Assembly (NCBI GenBank): GCA_963765675.1
Contig: CAVXXK010000003.1
Span: 416,001-480,000, forward strand
From: an uncultured delta proteobacterium
GTDB taxonomy: Bacteria; Desulfobacterota; Binatia; Binatales; Binataceae
Direction of reading: 5' to 3'
DNA: 64,000 nt
This document shows positions 19,816 to 29,934 of this stretch, piece after piece (within the stretch, counting starts at the first letter, position 1; the number at the start of each line of letters is the position of its first letter). Position numbers and translations under genes: made by a program. The notes below the pieces were generated by a model. That model worked only from the letters and a program-made list of their open reading frames with translations, made no database searches and had not been told where the DNA came from.

Positions 19816-21282
19816 ATGGCGGCGGAAAAGGATCGCGCTCGGCGATGGCCGGGCGCGGCGGCGCAGCCGGTCGAGATCTTCGGCGCGGTGTTTGCCGTCG
19901 CCGCGATTTTCTATTCGTTCCATCTGGGCCGAGACCCGCTCGGCGCAAGCGAGGCGTACAGCGCTTACGCGGCGACGCGCCCTGGCGTTGGCGCGATCAT
20001 TCATATCCCGATCGCCGACGATCCCGGCAAGCAGCTTCTCTATTACATCGTCCTGCACTACTGGACGATGATTTTTGGCGCGCACGAGGCTGGGCTGCGC
20101 GCGATGTCGGTGGTTTTCGGCCTCGGCGCGATCGCGATGATCTTCGCGCTCGGACGCGATCTGTTCGACGACGCCGCGGGCGCCGGCGCAGCCGCGATGT
20201 GGGCGTTTAATCCGTTGGCCACGGTGTTTTCGTACCGGGCGCGGATGTACACGATGCTGATCGCTTTCGCGCTGGCGCATGTGTATGCGCTTCGCCGCAC
20301 GCGCGAGCGTTCAAGTATCGGATGGACGCTCGCCTGCGCGGTAAGCGGTGCGGCGGTCATCTACACCCACCTCGGCGGCGTCGCGATTCTGGCCGCTGAG
20401 GCCGCAATTCTAATCCGCGATTTCACGTGCGGGCGGCGGCGTATTGCACCGTGGCTGGGGCTCGCCGGCGCCGCTCTGCTCTTCGCTCCATACCTTCCCA
20501 TCGCGAGCGCTCAGAGCCGGGTGCTGATCGCCGGACACTGGCTCGACTGGATCGGGCCGGCTTATCACTATTCCATCGCGACGAAGCTGATCGTGGCAGG
20601 TGGCGCTATCGCAATCACGCTGTGGATGGTTTTCGGCCGCGCGATCGAAGCCGGTGACGAACCGTTGCGGTTCTGCCTGCTTTGGATCGCGCTCCCGATT
20701 CTCGCGTTTTCCGCCGGATCGATAGCGGTACGGCCGATGTTCCAGATTCGGTACGTATCGCCATCGCTCGCGATGCTTCCGGTCCTCGCCGCAGGATTGC
20801 TCGCAATGGCCGGATCGTGGGTGCGCAATGTCGCGGTGGTGGCCGTCACCGCCCTGATGCTTGCCACCGCGCTCTCGATTCGATTGGTCAATCAGCCGTG
20901 GGGCGCGGCCGCGCGGATGGTGGCGGATGCGGATCGTCCAGACCAACCGATCTTCTTCGAGTCCGGCTTCGTCACTCCGGGTGCGGCTCCAAAAGCCGCC
21001 AATCCGGGTTTTCCGCGCGGCTACTATTCGCTTCCGTTCGATTACTACTTTCACGGCGCGAACCCTCGCCTGACGATCCCTCCATATGATCCTGCCGCCG
21101 CGCGCGCGGAGATCCAGAGTGCTGTGGCGCGCGCAGGAGGCGCATGGCTCGTCACCTGGATGGACGACGCGGGCGCGCGGGCGGAGCTGCCCGACCCGGC
21201 GCAATTCACCTCGACGCTAAGGTTGCGCGGCGAACGGATGATGCTGTTCCGGATCGTCCCGGCGAGCCCAGCGCCAGGATAA
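19816..21282 (+). CDS. GT39/PMT_2 (ArnT-like) membrane glycosyltransferase
   Basis: LLYYIVLHYW, ARMY, IYTH, RY motifs and multiple TMs. Confidence 0.78.
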   Translation: MAAEKDRARRWPGAAAQPVEIFGAVFAVAAIFYSFHLGRDPLGASEAYSAYAATRPGVGAIIHIPIADDPGKQLLYYIVLHYWTMIFGAHEAGLRAMSVVFGLGAIAMIFALGRDLFDDAAGAGAAAMWAFNPLATVFSYRARMYTMLIAFALAHVYALRRTRERSSIGWTLACAVSGAAVIYTHLGGVAILAAEAAILIRDFTCGRRRIAPWLGLAGAALLFAPYLPIASAQSRVLIAGHWLDWIGPAYHYSIATKLIVAGGAIAITLWMVFGRAIEAGDEPLRFCLLWIALPILAFSAGSIAVRPMFQIRYVSPSLAMLPVLAAGLLAMAGSWVRNVAVVAVTALMLATALSIRLVNQPWGAAARMVADADRPDQPIFFESGFVTPGAAPKAANPGFPRGYYSLPFDYYFHGANPRLTIPPYDPAAARAEIQSAVARAGGAWLVTWMDDAGARAELPDPAQFTSTLRLRGERMMLFRIVPASPAPG

Positions 21283-21285
21283 AGC

Positions 21286-23349
21286 CTACGGCTTCGCGGG
21301 CACCGATGGCACAGCCGGCGGCAAATCGAGCGTTGGACCGCCTATGCGGATCGGCACTATTACCAGGCTCAGTCCGTAGAGTTGTAGCCAGCTTTGAATA
21401 TCCAACGAGGTATGGTTGTTAAGAAAACGTTCGCCGAATCGCTCGAGTTCATCGGTAAATACGAGCTTACCCGCGAAATACACGACCTGCGTGAACTCGT
21501 GCGCGATCTCAAGGCATAGGCGGCGCAGCTCGAGCACCACGTCGGGACCGATCGCCGAGCGCAGCTCCGGATGCAGTCCCAGATCGCCGGCGAAGCGGCA
21601 ATACTCCTGCAAGTCTTCGGCAATTCTTTGTTCTAGCGCCTTGACCTCTTCGGGACCCTTGAGCAGCGCCGAATCAACCTCGCCCACCGAAACGAAGACG
21701 ACGTTGCGGAACTGATCGTGAAACAGGCGCGTAATCGTCAGCAGCGACGCGAGCCCGAGGCCGTTGAATCCGTTGACCAGGATCGCGGCCGTGGGTGCGT
21801 CGGGATCGTACGGCGCGGGTTGTTTCTTTTCGATCTGGTAAAGCTGCGGAAGAATTTGGGTCTCGAGCTGCTCGACCGCCTTTCGGACCCGGGCGTAGTA
21901 GCTATGCACCGCGTAACAGATCGAGATCAGCGCGCCGGTTATCAACACCGTAACCCATCCGCCTTCGAAGAACTTGAGCGTCAGAGTCAGCAGCAGGATC
22001 GCAAACGTGAACAGGCATCCGATCCCATTGATACACAACCGTCGGCGCCACTTCGGATCGCTCTTGCGCTCACGCCACCAGTGCACGCTCATCCCGAGTT
22101 GCGACAGGGTGAAGGTCACGAACACGTTGATCGCGTACAGGATCACCAGGATTCCGACTCGCGCGTGGGTGCCGGTAAGAATAAGGATCGCCGCCACGCC
22201 CATCGCGATCACGCCGTCCTGCGTAACCAGCCGTCCGCTCAAGTTCGCGAAGCGCCTCGGCAGCCATCGGTCGATCGCCATCGTAGACAGAACCCGCGGA
22301 CCGTCGATAAACCCAGTCTGCGCGGCCACGAACAGCAGCGCGCCCTCGGTCAGAAGCGCGAACGTGATAATCGGCGTGCCGACCCCGAAGCCGCCGAGCT
22401 TCCAGCCCCCCGCGATATGCTGAAACATCACTGCGTTGAGCGTCATTCCGCGCTGCGGCTCGACATGTTCGAGCAGATAGCCAATCAATATTCCGCCGGC
22501 GATAAACGCTAGCGAGAATGCCATGTACAGCATCGTGCGTTTGCCGGTCACTGTGCGCGGCTCGCGCAAAATCGGCAGTCCATTGCTGACCGCCTCGATC
22601 CCGGTGTAGGTTCCCGCGCCCATGCTGTAGGCGCGGAAGAAGATCGCCGCCATCGCGAAAAATCCCAGCGCGTCGAAACCGTGCCGGGTCTCCGCGATCG
22701 CGCCGTGCATGATCATGGGTAACTGCCCAGCCCTCGAGAGCAGCGCGTACCCGACCAGCCATAAATGCATCACGACGAACGCGAGGAAGATCGGCACCAG
22801 CGATAGCACCGATTCTTTCACCCCGCGCAGATTCATCCCGACCATCAGGACAACCACCAGGATGCAGACCCAGAATTTGAGCCACAGGAGATCGGGCGGC
22901 AGGAAACTGAAGATCGCGTCGGCGCCGCTCGCGATCGAAACCGAGATCGTCAGCACGTAGTCGATCACCAGCGCGCATCCCGAGACCACCCCGGCATACG
23001 GGCCAAGCAGCTTGGTCGCGACCAGGTATCCGCCGCCGCCGGTCGGGAACAGATCGATCGTCTGCGAGTACGAGGCCGAGATGACGAACACCGTCAGCGC
23101 CGTCATCAGCGCAAGGAATATCGCCAGATACTGATGCGGCCCGAGCGCAAGAAACGCTTCCTCGGGTCCGTAGCACGACGAGCTCAGACCGTCGGACCCA
23201 AGGCCGACCCACGCCAGAAACGCGATCAATGACAGCGAGTGAAAGATTCCGGGATCGCGCACGTCGCGAGCGGGGCCGATAATAACCTCGCTCAGCGTGC
23301 GATGCGCTTCTGGTTGGGAATCAGTTCTCTTGGGGGGCTTCCGGTCCAT
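21286..23349 (-). CDS. APC family permease, KimA/YdaO-like potassium transporter
   Basis: SDGLSSSCYGPEE, SYSQTI...GGGGY, DYVLT, TGIEAVSNG, YAINVF; soluble C-terminal domain. Confidence 0.85.
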   Translation of the reverse strand: MDRKPPKRTDSQPEAHRTLSEVIIGPARDVRDPGIFHSLSLIAFLAWVGLGSDGLSSSCYGPEEAFLALGPHQYLAIFLALMTALTVFVISASYSQTIDLFPTGGGGYLVATKLLGPYAGVVSGCALVIDYVLTISVSIASGADAIFSFLPPDLLWLKFWVCILVVVLMVGMNLRGVKESVLSLVPIFLAFVVMHLWLVGYALLSRAGQLPMIMHGAIAETRHGFDALGFFAMAAIFFRAYSMGAGTYTGIEAVSNGLPILREPRTVTGKRTMLYMAFSLAFIAGGILIGYLLEHVEPQRGMTLNAVMFQHIAGGWKLGGFGVGTPIITFALLTEGALLFVAAQTGFIDGPRVLSTMAIDRWLPRRFANLSGRLVTQDGVIAMGVAAILILTGTHARVGILVILYAINVFVTFTLSQLGMSVHWWRERKSDPKWRRRLCINGIGCLFTFAILLLTLTLKFFEGGWVTVLITGALISICYAVHSYYARVRKAVEQLETQILPQLYQIEKKQPAPYDPDAPTAAILVNGFNGLGLASLLTITRLFHDQFRNVVFVSVGEVDSALLKGPEEVKALEQRIAEDLQEYCRFAGDLGLHPELRSAIGPDVVLELRRLCLEIAHEFTQVVYFAGKLVFTDELERFGERFLNNHTSLDIQSWLQLYGLSLVIVPIRIGGPTLDLPPAVPSVPAKP

Positions 23350-23417
23350 TCCAGATTCCCGTTAGCCACGGGCCAGCGTCAAACTAGGGGAATTCCGGTA
23401 ACGGATCAAAGCCCGGC

Positions 23418-24320
23418 TTAGATTGAGTAAGCCGCGCGCGCCAGTCCGAGCTGGTAGCGGGCCGCGTCGACTAGATTCTGCATCAGCGCGACCACGGTCA
23501 TCGGTCCGGTCCCGCCGGGATTGAGCGTAATCCATCCGGCGACTTTCTTGACTGCTTCGAAATCGACGTCGCCCGCGAACTTGCCAGGGCCGACCCGCCG
23601 GAAGCCGACGTCGATCACGCATGCGCCAGGTTTCACCATGTCCGCGGTGATCAGGAAGCTGCGGCCAACGTCTGCGCCGACGCACGAGACGAGGATATCT
23701 GCCTCGCGGCAGATCGCCCCGAGATCTTTCGTATGCCGATGGCACCAGGTCACGGTCGCGTTGCGCAGCCTGCCACCCAGGATCAGCGCCGCAGGCTTGC
23801 CCGCGATATCGCTGCGTCCGATCACTGTCGCGCGCGCTCCATCGACCGGTACTTTGTAATAATCCAGAAAGGTGAGGATCCCGCGCGGCGTGCACGGCAC
23901 GAAGGTTCCCCATTGTCCGCGGTAGAAGCCGCTGACGCTCGCGGCGCCGACGCCGTCGAGATCTTTCAGTGGCGCGATCGCGTCAAACAGCCGGAAGCGA
24001 TCCACCCGTTCGGGAACCGGAAGCTGAATCAGGACGCCTGTCGTCTCCGGGTCGCGGTTGATCCCGTCGATAACCTCGAGCAGGCCGTCAGTGGTCGCTT
24101 CGGCACCGGCGATTCTCAGGATGTTGGCGGAAAAGCCCAGCTCCGACGCCATCTTGATCTTGTTGCGTACGTATTGATGCGACGCGGGATCGTTGCCGAC
24201 CAGGATCGTGACCAGCTTCGGCACCACGCGATGACGCTCCGCCAATTCAGCCGCATGCCGCCTGAGTTCGGGCATCAGATGCGCCCGCAGCGCGCGTCCG
24301 TCCATGATTACCGTGGTCAT
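23418..24320 (-). CDS. folD: Bifunctional methylenetetrahydrofolate dehydrogenase/cyclohydrolase
   Basis: SHQYVRNK (YxxxK), LIQLP, KDLDG, PCTPRG, GRSDIAGKP, PGGTGPMT. Confidence 0.92.
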   Translation of the reverse strand: MTTVIMDGRALRAHLMPELRRHAAELAERHRVVPKLVTILVGNDPASHQYVRNKIKMASELGFSANILRIAGAEATTDGLLEVIDGINRDPETTGVLIQLPVPERVDRFRLFDAIAPLKDLDGVGAASVSGFYRGQWGTFVPCTPRGILTFLDYYKVPVDGARATVIGRSDIAGKPAALILGGRLRNATVTWCHRHTKDLGAICREADILVSCVGADVGRSFLITADMVKPGACVIDVGFRRVGPGKFAGDVDFEAVKKVAGWITLNPGGTGPMTVVALMQNLVDAARYQLGLARAAYSI

Positions 24321-24378
24321 TAGCGATTCACTCGGCGATTCACTCGAATATAGCACGCCGCCAAGCGGGGCAAGCCGC

Positions 24379-24387
24379 TGTGGATAA
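24379..24387. promoter_or_regulatory. Perfect DnaA box between divergent folD and gcvT
   Basis: TGTGGATAA is the reverse complement of TTATCCACA. Confidence 0.5.
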
Positions 24388-24458
24388 ACGGTCCGCTGTG
24401 GGCAGACCCGCGCGGGTTGTCTCGTTGGTTATCTTGCGCTCTGTTAAATTATCGCCAG

Positions 24459-25589
24459 ATGAACGCGCCGATGCGCACCGCACTTTTTCCCCTCCACCAG
24501 AAACTCCACGCTCGGATGACGGTTTTCGGTGGTTTCGAGATGCCGGTCAGCTATGCCGGGATCATCGAGGAGCATCGCGCGGTGCGCGCGGCGGCGGGAA
24601 TCTTCGACTTGAGCCACATGGGCGAATTCGAACTGCGCGGTCCGCGCGCACTCGACTTGCTGGAGCGCGCGTTTACCAATTCGGCCGCGCGCCTGCGCAT
24701 CGGCCAGGCGCAGTACACGATCATGTGCGCCGACGACGGCGGCACGATCGATGATCTGATCGTCTATCGCCTCGGCGACGAGCATTACATGCTGTGCGTC
24801 AATGCCTCGAATATCGAGGCCGATCGCGAGGCGATCCTCGCGCTCAATACCAAGGGAGCTGAGTTTCGCGACCTTAGCGATGAGACCGCACTGGTTGCGA
24901 TTCAGGGACCGCAGGCTGTCGCGCTGTCAGCGCCGCTCGCGAATTTTCCTCTCGCTGAGGTTCCGCGCTTCGGCGTGGCGCAAGGCTCGATCGCCGGCGC
25001 GAAATGCATCGCGGCGCGCACCGGATATACCGGCGAGGACGGATTCGAGTTCTTCACCGCGCCGGGCGATGCGACCGACCTATTCCAGGCGCTCCTCGAC
25101 GCGGGGCTGAACGTCGGCGCACTGCCTTGCGGCCTCGGCGCGCGCGACACCCTGCGGCTCGAAGCCGGACTCCCGCTCTATGGTCACGAACTGGATCGTG
25201 AGACCTCGCCGCTCGAAGCAGGGCTCGGAATCTTCGTAAAGCTCGAGCGCGATTTCGCTGGCGCCGCCGCCCTGCGCGCTCAGCGCGAGCGCGGTCCGGC
25301 CAAGCGCCTTGTCGGTCTGCGCACCGACGACGGCCGCAGCATCGCACGCCAGGGTTACAAGCTTTTTTCCGGAGGCCGCGAAGCGGGAGCCGTGACCAGC
25401 GGCACGTTTGCGCCGACAATCGACCGCCCGATCGCGATGGGCTATCTCACGACTGGCGAGATTCATCCGCAAAGCACGAACACCGGCGCGCTGGAAGTCG
25501 AAATACGCAACCGCCGAGTCGCGGCGACACGCGTACCCATTCCGTTTTACCGACGGACGTTTATGAAAAAGGAAGCAAGGTTATCTTGA
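24459..25589 (+). CDS. gcvT: Glycine cleavage system aminomethyltransferase T
   Basis: FDLSHMG, IDDLIVY, RTGYTGEDGFE, GLGARDTLRLEAG. Confidence 0.96.
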   Translation: MNAPMRTALFPLHQKLHARMTVFGGFEMPVSYAGIIEEHRAVRAAAGIFDLSHMGEFELRGPRALDLLERAFTNSAARLRIGQAQYTIMCADDGGTIDDLIVYRLGDEHYMLCVNASNIEADREAILALNTKGAEFRDLSDETALVAIQGPQAVALSAPLANFPLAEVPRFGVAQGSIAGAKCIAARTGYTGEDGFEFFTAPGDATDLFQALLDAGLNVGALPCGLGARDTLRLEAGLPLYGHELDRETSPLEAGLGIFVKLERDFAGAAALRAQRERGPAKRLVGLRTDDGRSIARQGYKLFSGGREAGAVTSGTFAPTIDRPIAMGYLTTGEIHPQSTNTGALEVEIRNRRVAATRVPIPFYRRTFMKKEARLS

Positions 25590-26950
25590 TGAGATTCCTG
25601 CCGCAGACCGAGGCGGATATCGCCGCGATGCTGAAGACGATTGGCGCGCCGAGCCTCGACGCACTAATCGCGCATGTGCCGGAGATCCTGCGCGACCGCG
25701 CCGCGATCAACCTCGCGCCCGGCCGCGGCGAGGCCGAGGTTGCCGCCGAGCTCTCCGCGCTCGCAGCGATGAACGCGGGCGCGAGCGGCTACGCGAGCTT
25801 TCTCGGCGCGGGCTACTATCGCCATTACGTTCCCGCCGCGGTCCGCGCGATCACAGCACGCGCTGAATTCGCGACCAGCTACACGCCCTATCAGGCCGAG
25901 GCCAGCCAGGGCACGACGCAGGCGATTTTCGAATTCCAGACGCTCATCACCCAGCTCACCGCGATGGACGTCGCCAACGCCAGCATGTACGACGGCGCGT
26001 CGGCCGCCGCCGAGGCTGTCCTGATGGCAAGGCGCGTAATGCCGAAGCGTCGTGTCGTCGCGCTGTCGCGCGCGCTGTGGCCCGACTACCGAGCGACCAT
26101 TCGCACTTATCTGAGCGCGCTCGATGGAATCGAGATCATCGAGATCCCGTTTGACGACGCATCCGGCGCGATCGATCTCTCCGCGCTCGAGGCGATCGCA
26201 GGCGACGCGCTCCTCTGCGCAGTGCTCGGCTATCCGAATGCGTTCGGCGTGATTGAGCCACTGCGCGCCGCCGCCGATATAATGCATCGCGCCGGAGCGA
26301 TGATGATCTCCGCGACCGCCGAAGGTCTTGCACTCGGTCTGCTGAAGCCGCCCGGAGAGCTGGGAGCCGATATCGTGGTTGGCGAGGGCCAGAGCTTTGG
26401 CCTCGCACTTCAATTCGGCGGACCCGGCTTGGGCTTCATGGCCGCGCACACCGCGCATCTGCGCCAGATGCCGGGACGGCTGGTCGGACAGACTCGCGAT
26501 CGCGACGGGCGGCGCGCCTTCTGCCTGACACTCTCGACCCGCGAACAACATATTCGCCGCGAACGCGCAACTTCGAACATCTGCACCAATCATTCGCTCT
26601 GCGCGCTCGCCGCCGCGGTCTATCTTTCGCAAATGGGCAGGAGCGGATTGCGCGAGCTTGCGGAGCGCAATGTCGAGCTCGCCCACGCGGCAGCCGACGC
26701 ATTCGCCTCACGCGGAATCCGCAGACGCTTCAGCGGCCAGTTCTTCAACGAGTTTACGATCGCCGCGCCGCGTCCAGCGGCCGCTCTGGAAGCCGCCGAG
26801 CGCAAGCGGATTCTCGCCGGCGTCGCGCTCGCTCCGGACTATCCCGAGATTCCCGACGGTCTGTTGATCGCCGTGACCGAAATGAACCATCGCGCCGAGT
26901 TCGACGCGCTCGCGCACGCGTTACAAGAAGTACAGACGGAGAAGCGCTGA
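25586..26950 (+). CDS. gcvPA: Glycine dehydrogenase subunit 1
   Basis: SYTPYQAEASQG, NASMYDGAS, REQHIRRERATSNICTN. Confidence 0.96.
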   Translation: MMRFLPQTEADIAAMLKTIGAPSLDALIAHVPEILRDRAAINLAPGRGEAEVAAELSALAAMNAGASGYASFLGAGYYRHYVPAAVRAITARAEFATSYTPYQAEASQGTTQAIFEFQTLITQLTAMDVANASMYDGASAAAEAVLMARRVMPKRRVVALSRALWPDYRATIRTYLSALDGIEIIEIPFDDASGAIDLSALEAIAGDALLCAVLGYPNAFGVIEPLRAAADIMHRAGAMMISATAEGLALGLLKPPGELGADIVVGEGQSFGLALQFGGPGLGFMAAHTAHLRQMPGRLVGQTRDRDGRRAFCLTLSTREQHIRRERATSNICTNHSLCALAAAVYLSQMGRSGLRELAERNVELAHAAADAFASRGIRRRFSGQFFNEFTIAAPRPAAALEAAERKRILAGVALAPDYPEIPDGLLIAVTEMNHRAEFDALAHALQEVQTEKR

Positions 26951-28479
26951 TGGCGACGGCCGGAAAAATCTCGCGAATCATTCCGATCCACGATGCTGCT
27001 GACGCGGCGCGCGATGCCGATACTCAACCTGTCGGCACGCCGCTCATCTTCGAGCTCTCCTCCGACGGCCGCAGCGGCGCCGACCTCGCCCCGCGCGCCG
27101 CTGGCGAGCGATCAGGAGCGGAGATCCTCGGCCCCGAACTCTGCCGCGACGATCTGCCCGGATTCCCCGAGCTCAGCGAGCCGCAGGTGATGCGCCATTT
27201 TCTGCGCCTGTCGCAGCTCAACTTCGCTCAGGCGCTCCAGTTCTATCCGCTCGGCTCATGCACGATGAAGTACAACCCCGTGATCAATGACGAAATGGCG
27301 GCGCTCGGCGGTTTCGCTAGTCTGCATCCGCTCGCGCCCGCGCATCTGGCCCAGGGCGCGCTCGAGTTGATGGCGCGCCTGGAAGCCGCGCTCGCCGAGA
27401 TCACCGGGATGGACGCGATATCGCTGCATCCAGCGGCCGGCGCGCAAGGCGAGTTAACAGGCCTCTTATGTGCGCGCGCGTACCATCGAAAGCGCGGTGA
27501 GTCGCGGCGCAAGGTGATCATCCCCGACACCGCGCACGGCACCAATCCCGCCAGTTGTACGCTCGCTGGATATGAAGTCGTGGTCGCAAAGTCGAACAGC
27601 CGCGACTTTATCGAAGCGTCGGAAGTGCGCCGCCTGGTCGATAGCGACACCGCGGCCATGATGGTCACGAATCCGAACACGCTTGGAATTTTCGAGCCGC
27701 AGATCGCCGAGATCGCGGCCGCGTTGCACGACAAAGGCGCGTTGCTTTACATGGACGGCGCGAACATGAACGCGCTGATGGGCGTCGCGAAGCCCGGTCA
27801 CATGGGGGCAGATATCGTGCAGTTAAATCTGCACAAGACCTTCTCGACTCCGCACGGCGGCGGCGGTCCGGGCGCAGGACCGATCGGCGTCACGCGTGCG
27901 CTCGAACCGTTCCTGCCAGTGCCGCGATTAAAGAAGACCGCCCTCGGATGGACTCTCGACAGCAAGCGTCCCGACTCAATTGGACGGATGCGCTCGTTTC
28001 ACGGGAACTTCGGGATGCTGGTGCGCGCGTACACCTACATCCTGGCGCTGGGCGGAGACGGGCTCGCGCAGGCGAGTCGGCTCGCGATCCTGGGCGCGAA
28101 TTATTTGCGCAAGCGCCTTGAAGATCATTTTCCCGCGGCCTCGGTGGAACCCTCGATGCACGAATGCGTGCTCGAGCACGATCTGGAAAAGCGCACCGGC
28201 GTTTCGACGCTCGAAATCGCCAAACGCCTGCTCGACTTCGGCGTGCATCCGCCGACCATCTATTTTCCGCTGGTCGTGCATGGAGCTCTGATGATCGAGC
28301 CGACTGAAACCGAGACCAAGGAAGTGCTCGACGCGTTCGTCGCGACAATGGAGCGAATTTACATCGAGGCGCTGAACGATCCCGACCTGGTGAAGACCGC
28401 GCCGCACTCGCTGAAACTCTCGCGCGTCGATGAAGCCGAGGCCGCGCGCCGCCCAATCCTGCGCTGGCAGCCGAAGTGA
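26950..28479 (+). CDS. gcvPB: Glycine dehydrogenase subunit 2
   Basis: YPLGSCTMKYNP, AHGTNPAS, LNLHKTFSTPHGGGGPG. Confidence 0.96.
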   Translation: MATAGKISRIIPIHDAADAARDADTQPVGTPLIFELSSDGRSGADLAPRAAGERSGAEILGPELCRDDLPGFPELSEPQVMRHFLRLSQLNFAQALQFYPLGSCTMKYNPVINDEMAALGGFASLHPLAPAHLAQGALELMARLEAALAEITGMDAISLHPAAGAQGELTGLLCARAYHRKRGESRRKVIIPDTAHGTNPASCTLAGYEVVVAKSNSRDFIEASEVRRLVDSDTAAMMVTNPNTLGIFEPQIAEIAAALHDKGALLYMDGANMNALMGVAKPGHMGADIVQLNLHKTFSTPHGGGGPGAGPIGVTRALEPFLPVPRLKKTALGWTLDSKRPDSIGRMRSFHGNFGMLVRAYTYILALGGDGLAQASRLAILGANYLRKRLEDHFPAASVEPSMHECVLEHDLEKRTGVSTLEIAKRLLDFGVHPPTIYFPLVVHGALMIEPTETETKEVLDAFVATMERIYIEALNDPDLVKTAPHSLKLSRVDEAEAARRPILRWQPK

Positions 28480-28492
28480 GGCGCGCCGCGCG

Positions 28493-28843
28493 CTACTCGC
28501 GATCGGTGCTCCGGAGCATCTCGAAAATCAGCGCAAGATTGTCTCTGACTGTATCGCGGAACATGCTGATCAGTTCGGGCTCGTCCCCCGGCATCGGCAT
28601 CGCGGCAAGAATCGCATGGCTGGACTTTTTCAGACGCTCGGCAAATGCGGGAGCATCGCCGGAGAGCTTGGCGACTTCGCCGGCCAGCGCCGCAACGGCG
28701 ATATTGGTCGCGACCAGTTGCAGCGCCTGCTGCGAAACCATTTCGACGATCTGCTCGTCCAGCCCCGGCGTCTCGTCTTCGGGCTCGGGGCCACCGGGCA
28801 GAATCAATTGCGAACCTTTGCGATCGCGATGGTTAGGTGACAC
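28493..28843 (-). CDS. Hypothetical protein
   Basis: 116-aa ORF with SD GAGGAG, fills the gap convergent on gcvPB. Confidence 0.6.
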   Translation of the reverse strand: MSPNHRDRKGSQLILPGGPEPEDETPGLDEQIVEMVSQQALQLVATNIAVAALAGEVAKLSGDAPAFAERLKKSSHAILAAMPMPGDEPELISMFRDTVRDNLALIFEMLRSTDRE

Positions 28844-29001
28844 GGTGGCTCCTCGCGCGGCGCAAATAATTCAGTGGCCCGTTCGACCGCGCGTCTGCCC
28901 AGTTGTCGCGCAACCCGCGTCCGCGCGCAACCTGCGCGTGCCTGGCCAACTCGCTATTTGTGCAGAAAGCTGCGTCAATCTTCGCGCAGTTCGCCCGTTT
29001 G

Positions 29002-29276
29002 TGTCATTCCCGTGCGCGTGGCTGCCGCGCGCGACGAATCCCGGACGGAGGCCGCTGCATGCAGTGTGTACTCGGAGCATGAACGCCTCGGGATTTCTCC
29101 CTTCGGTCGAAATGACGGATGTAGGCTTGACGCATCAAGATCGTAGCCTCAGTTGAGCCCCATCCGTCATTCCGAGCCATAGGCGAGGAATCTCGGGGCG
29201 TCCATGCTCCGAGTCCACGCTTCATACTGTGACCTCTCGTACGGGATTCACCCGGCGGCCACGCGCGGCAATGACA
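29002..29276. repeat. Composite palindromic element, copy 1 (REP/MITE-like)
   Basis: Outer inverted ends TGTCATTCCCG..CGCGTGGCTGCCG / CGGCGGCCACGCGCGGCAATGACA; inner inverted arms 29071-29121 / 29161-29213. Confidence 0.85.
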
Positions 29277-29292
29277 ACAGAGTGGGCTCCAC

Positions 29293-29925
29293 TCAACGCC
29301 GCGAGGTTGACGCCGCGAGCCGAAGAGCGCGGGCGTAATCGGCGGGGGTGTTGACGTTGACGAAGCTCAGCAGCTTGGGGTCGCGGGCGCGAAGCTCATC
29401 CTCGACGACTCGCCGCGTCCGCACTACATCTGCGATCGTGCTTAGTCGGTTCTCTCCTCGCCCAGACATCGCGCGCAACGCGGCGGCGGCGGCGTGTCGT
29501 CGATAAGCCGCGTGGAGCGGCTGGAGTCTCTCACCCACGAATGGAATCACCGCTTCGTAGCCGGGCAGCATCGCCAGGAGTCCGACGGCGACGCGCGCGT
29601 CGAGCATCGGCAGATCGCACGAGCAGGCAAACGCCGCGTCGGCGCGAGCAGCGTCAAGACCGCGCGCGAGTGCGAGTACAGGACCCGCGTATTCGCGATC
29701 GTCGCGGATAACCCTCGCATTGCGCGGTATCGCGAGCGGCGCTCCGGCGGCATCCGCGGCTGCGACAACTACGATGTCGTCGAAGAATTTGCCGAGCTCG
29801 ACGATGGTCCGCTCGAGCAGCGTCGAATCGCCGAATCGCAACGTGGCCTTCTGCTGGCCCATCCGCGAGCTTCGTCCGCCGGCCAGCACAATCGCCGAGC
29901 GGGGGATTTCGCCACTCGAACTCAT
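29293..29925 (-). CDS. mobA: Molybdenum cofactor guanylyltransferase
   Basis: LAGGRSSRMG..KA, CSCDLP, QPLHAAY, NVNTPADY. Confidence 0.92.
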   Translation of the reverse strand: MSSSGEIPRSAIVLAGGRSSRMGQQKATLRFGDSTLLERTIVELGKFFDDIVVVAAADAAGAPLAIPRNARVIRDDREYAGPVLALARGLDAARADAAFACSCDLPMLDARVAVGLLAMLPGYEAVIPFVGERLQPLHAAYRRHAAAAALRAMSGRGENRLSTIADVVRTRRVVEDELRARDPKLLSFVNVNTPADYARALRLAASTSRR

Positions 29926-29934
29926 CGGAAGAAT

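Noticed and set aside
23350-23417. c-di-AMP (ydaO) riboswitch upstream of the KimA-like gene
   Set aside because: Only 68 nt between folD and the start, too short for the aptamer
24321-24458. Glycine riboswitch upstream of gcvT
   Set aside because: Spacer is short and shared with folD; no recognisable aptamer motifs
28476-29225. ORFs 28476-29156 and 29004-29225 (also 56781-57071) sharing GFLPSVEMT-type peptides
   Set aside because: Translations of the non-coding palindromic repeat
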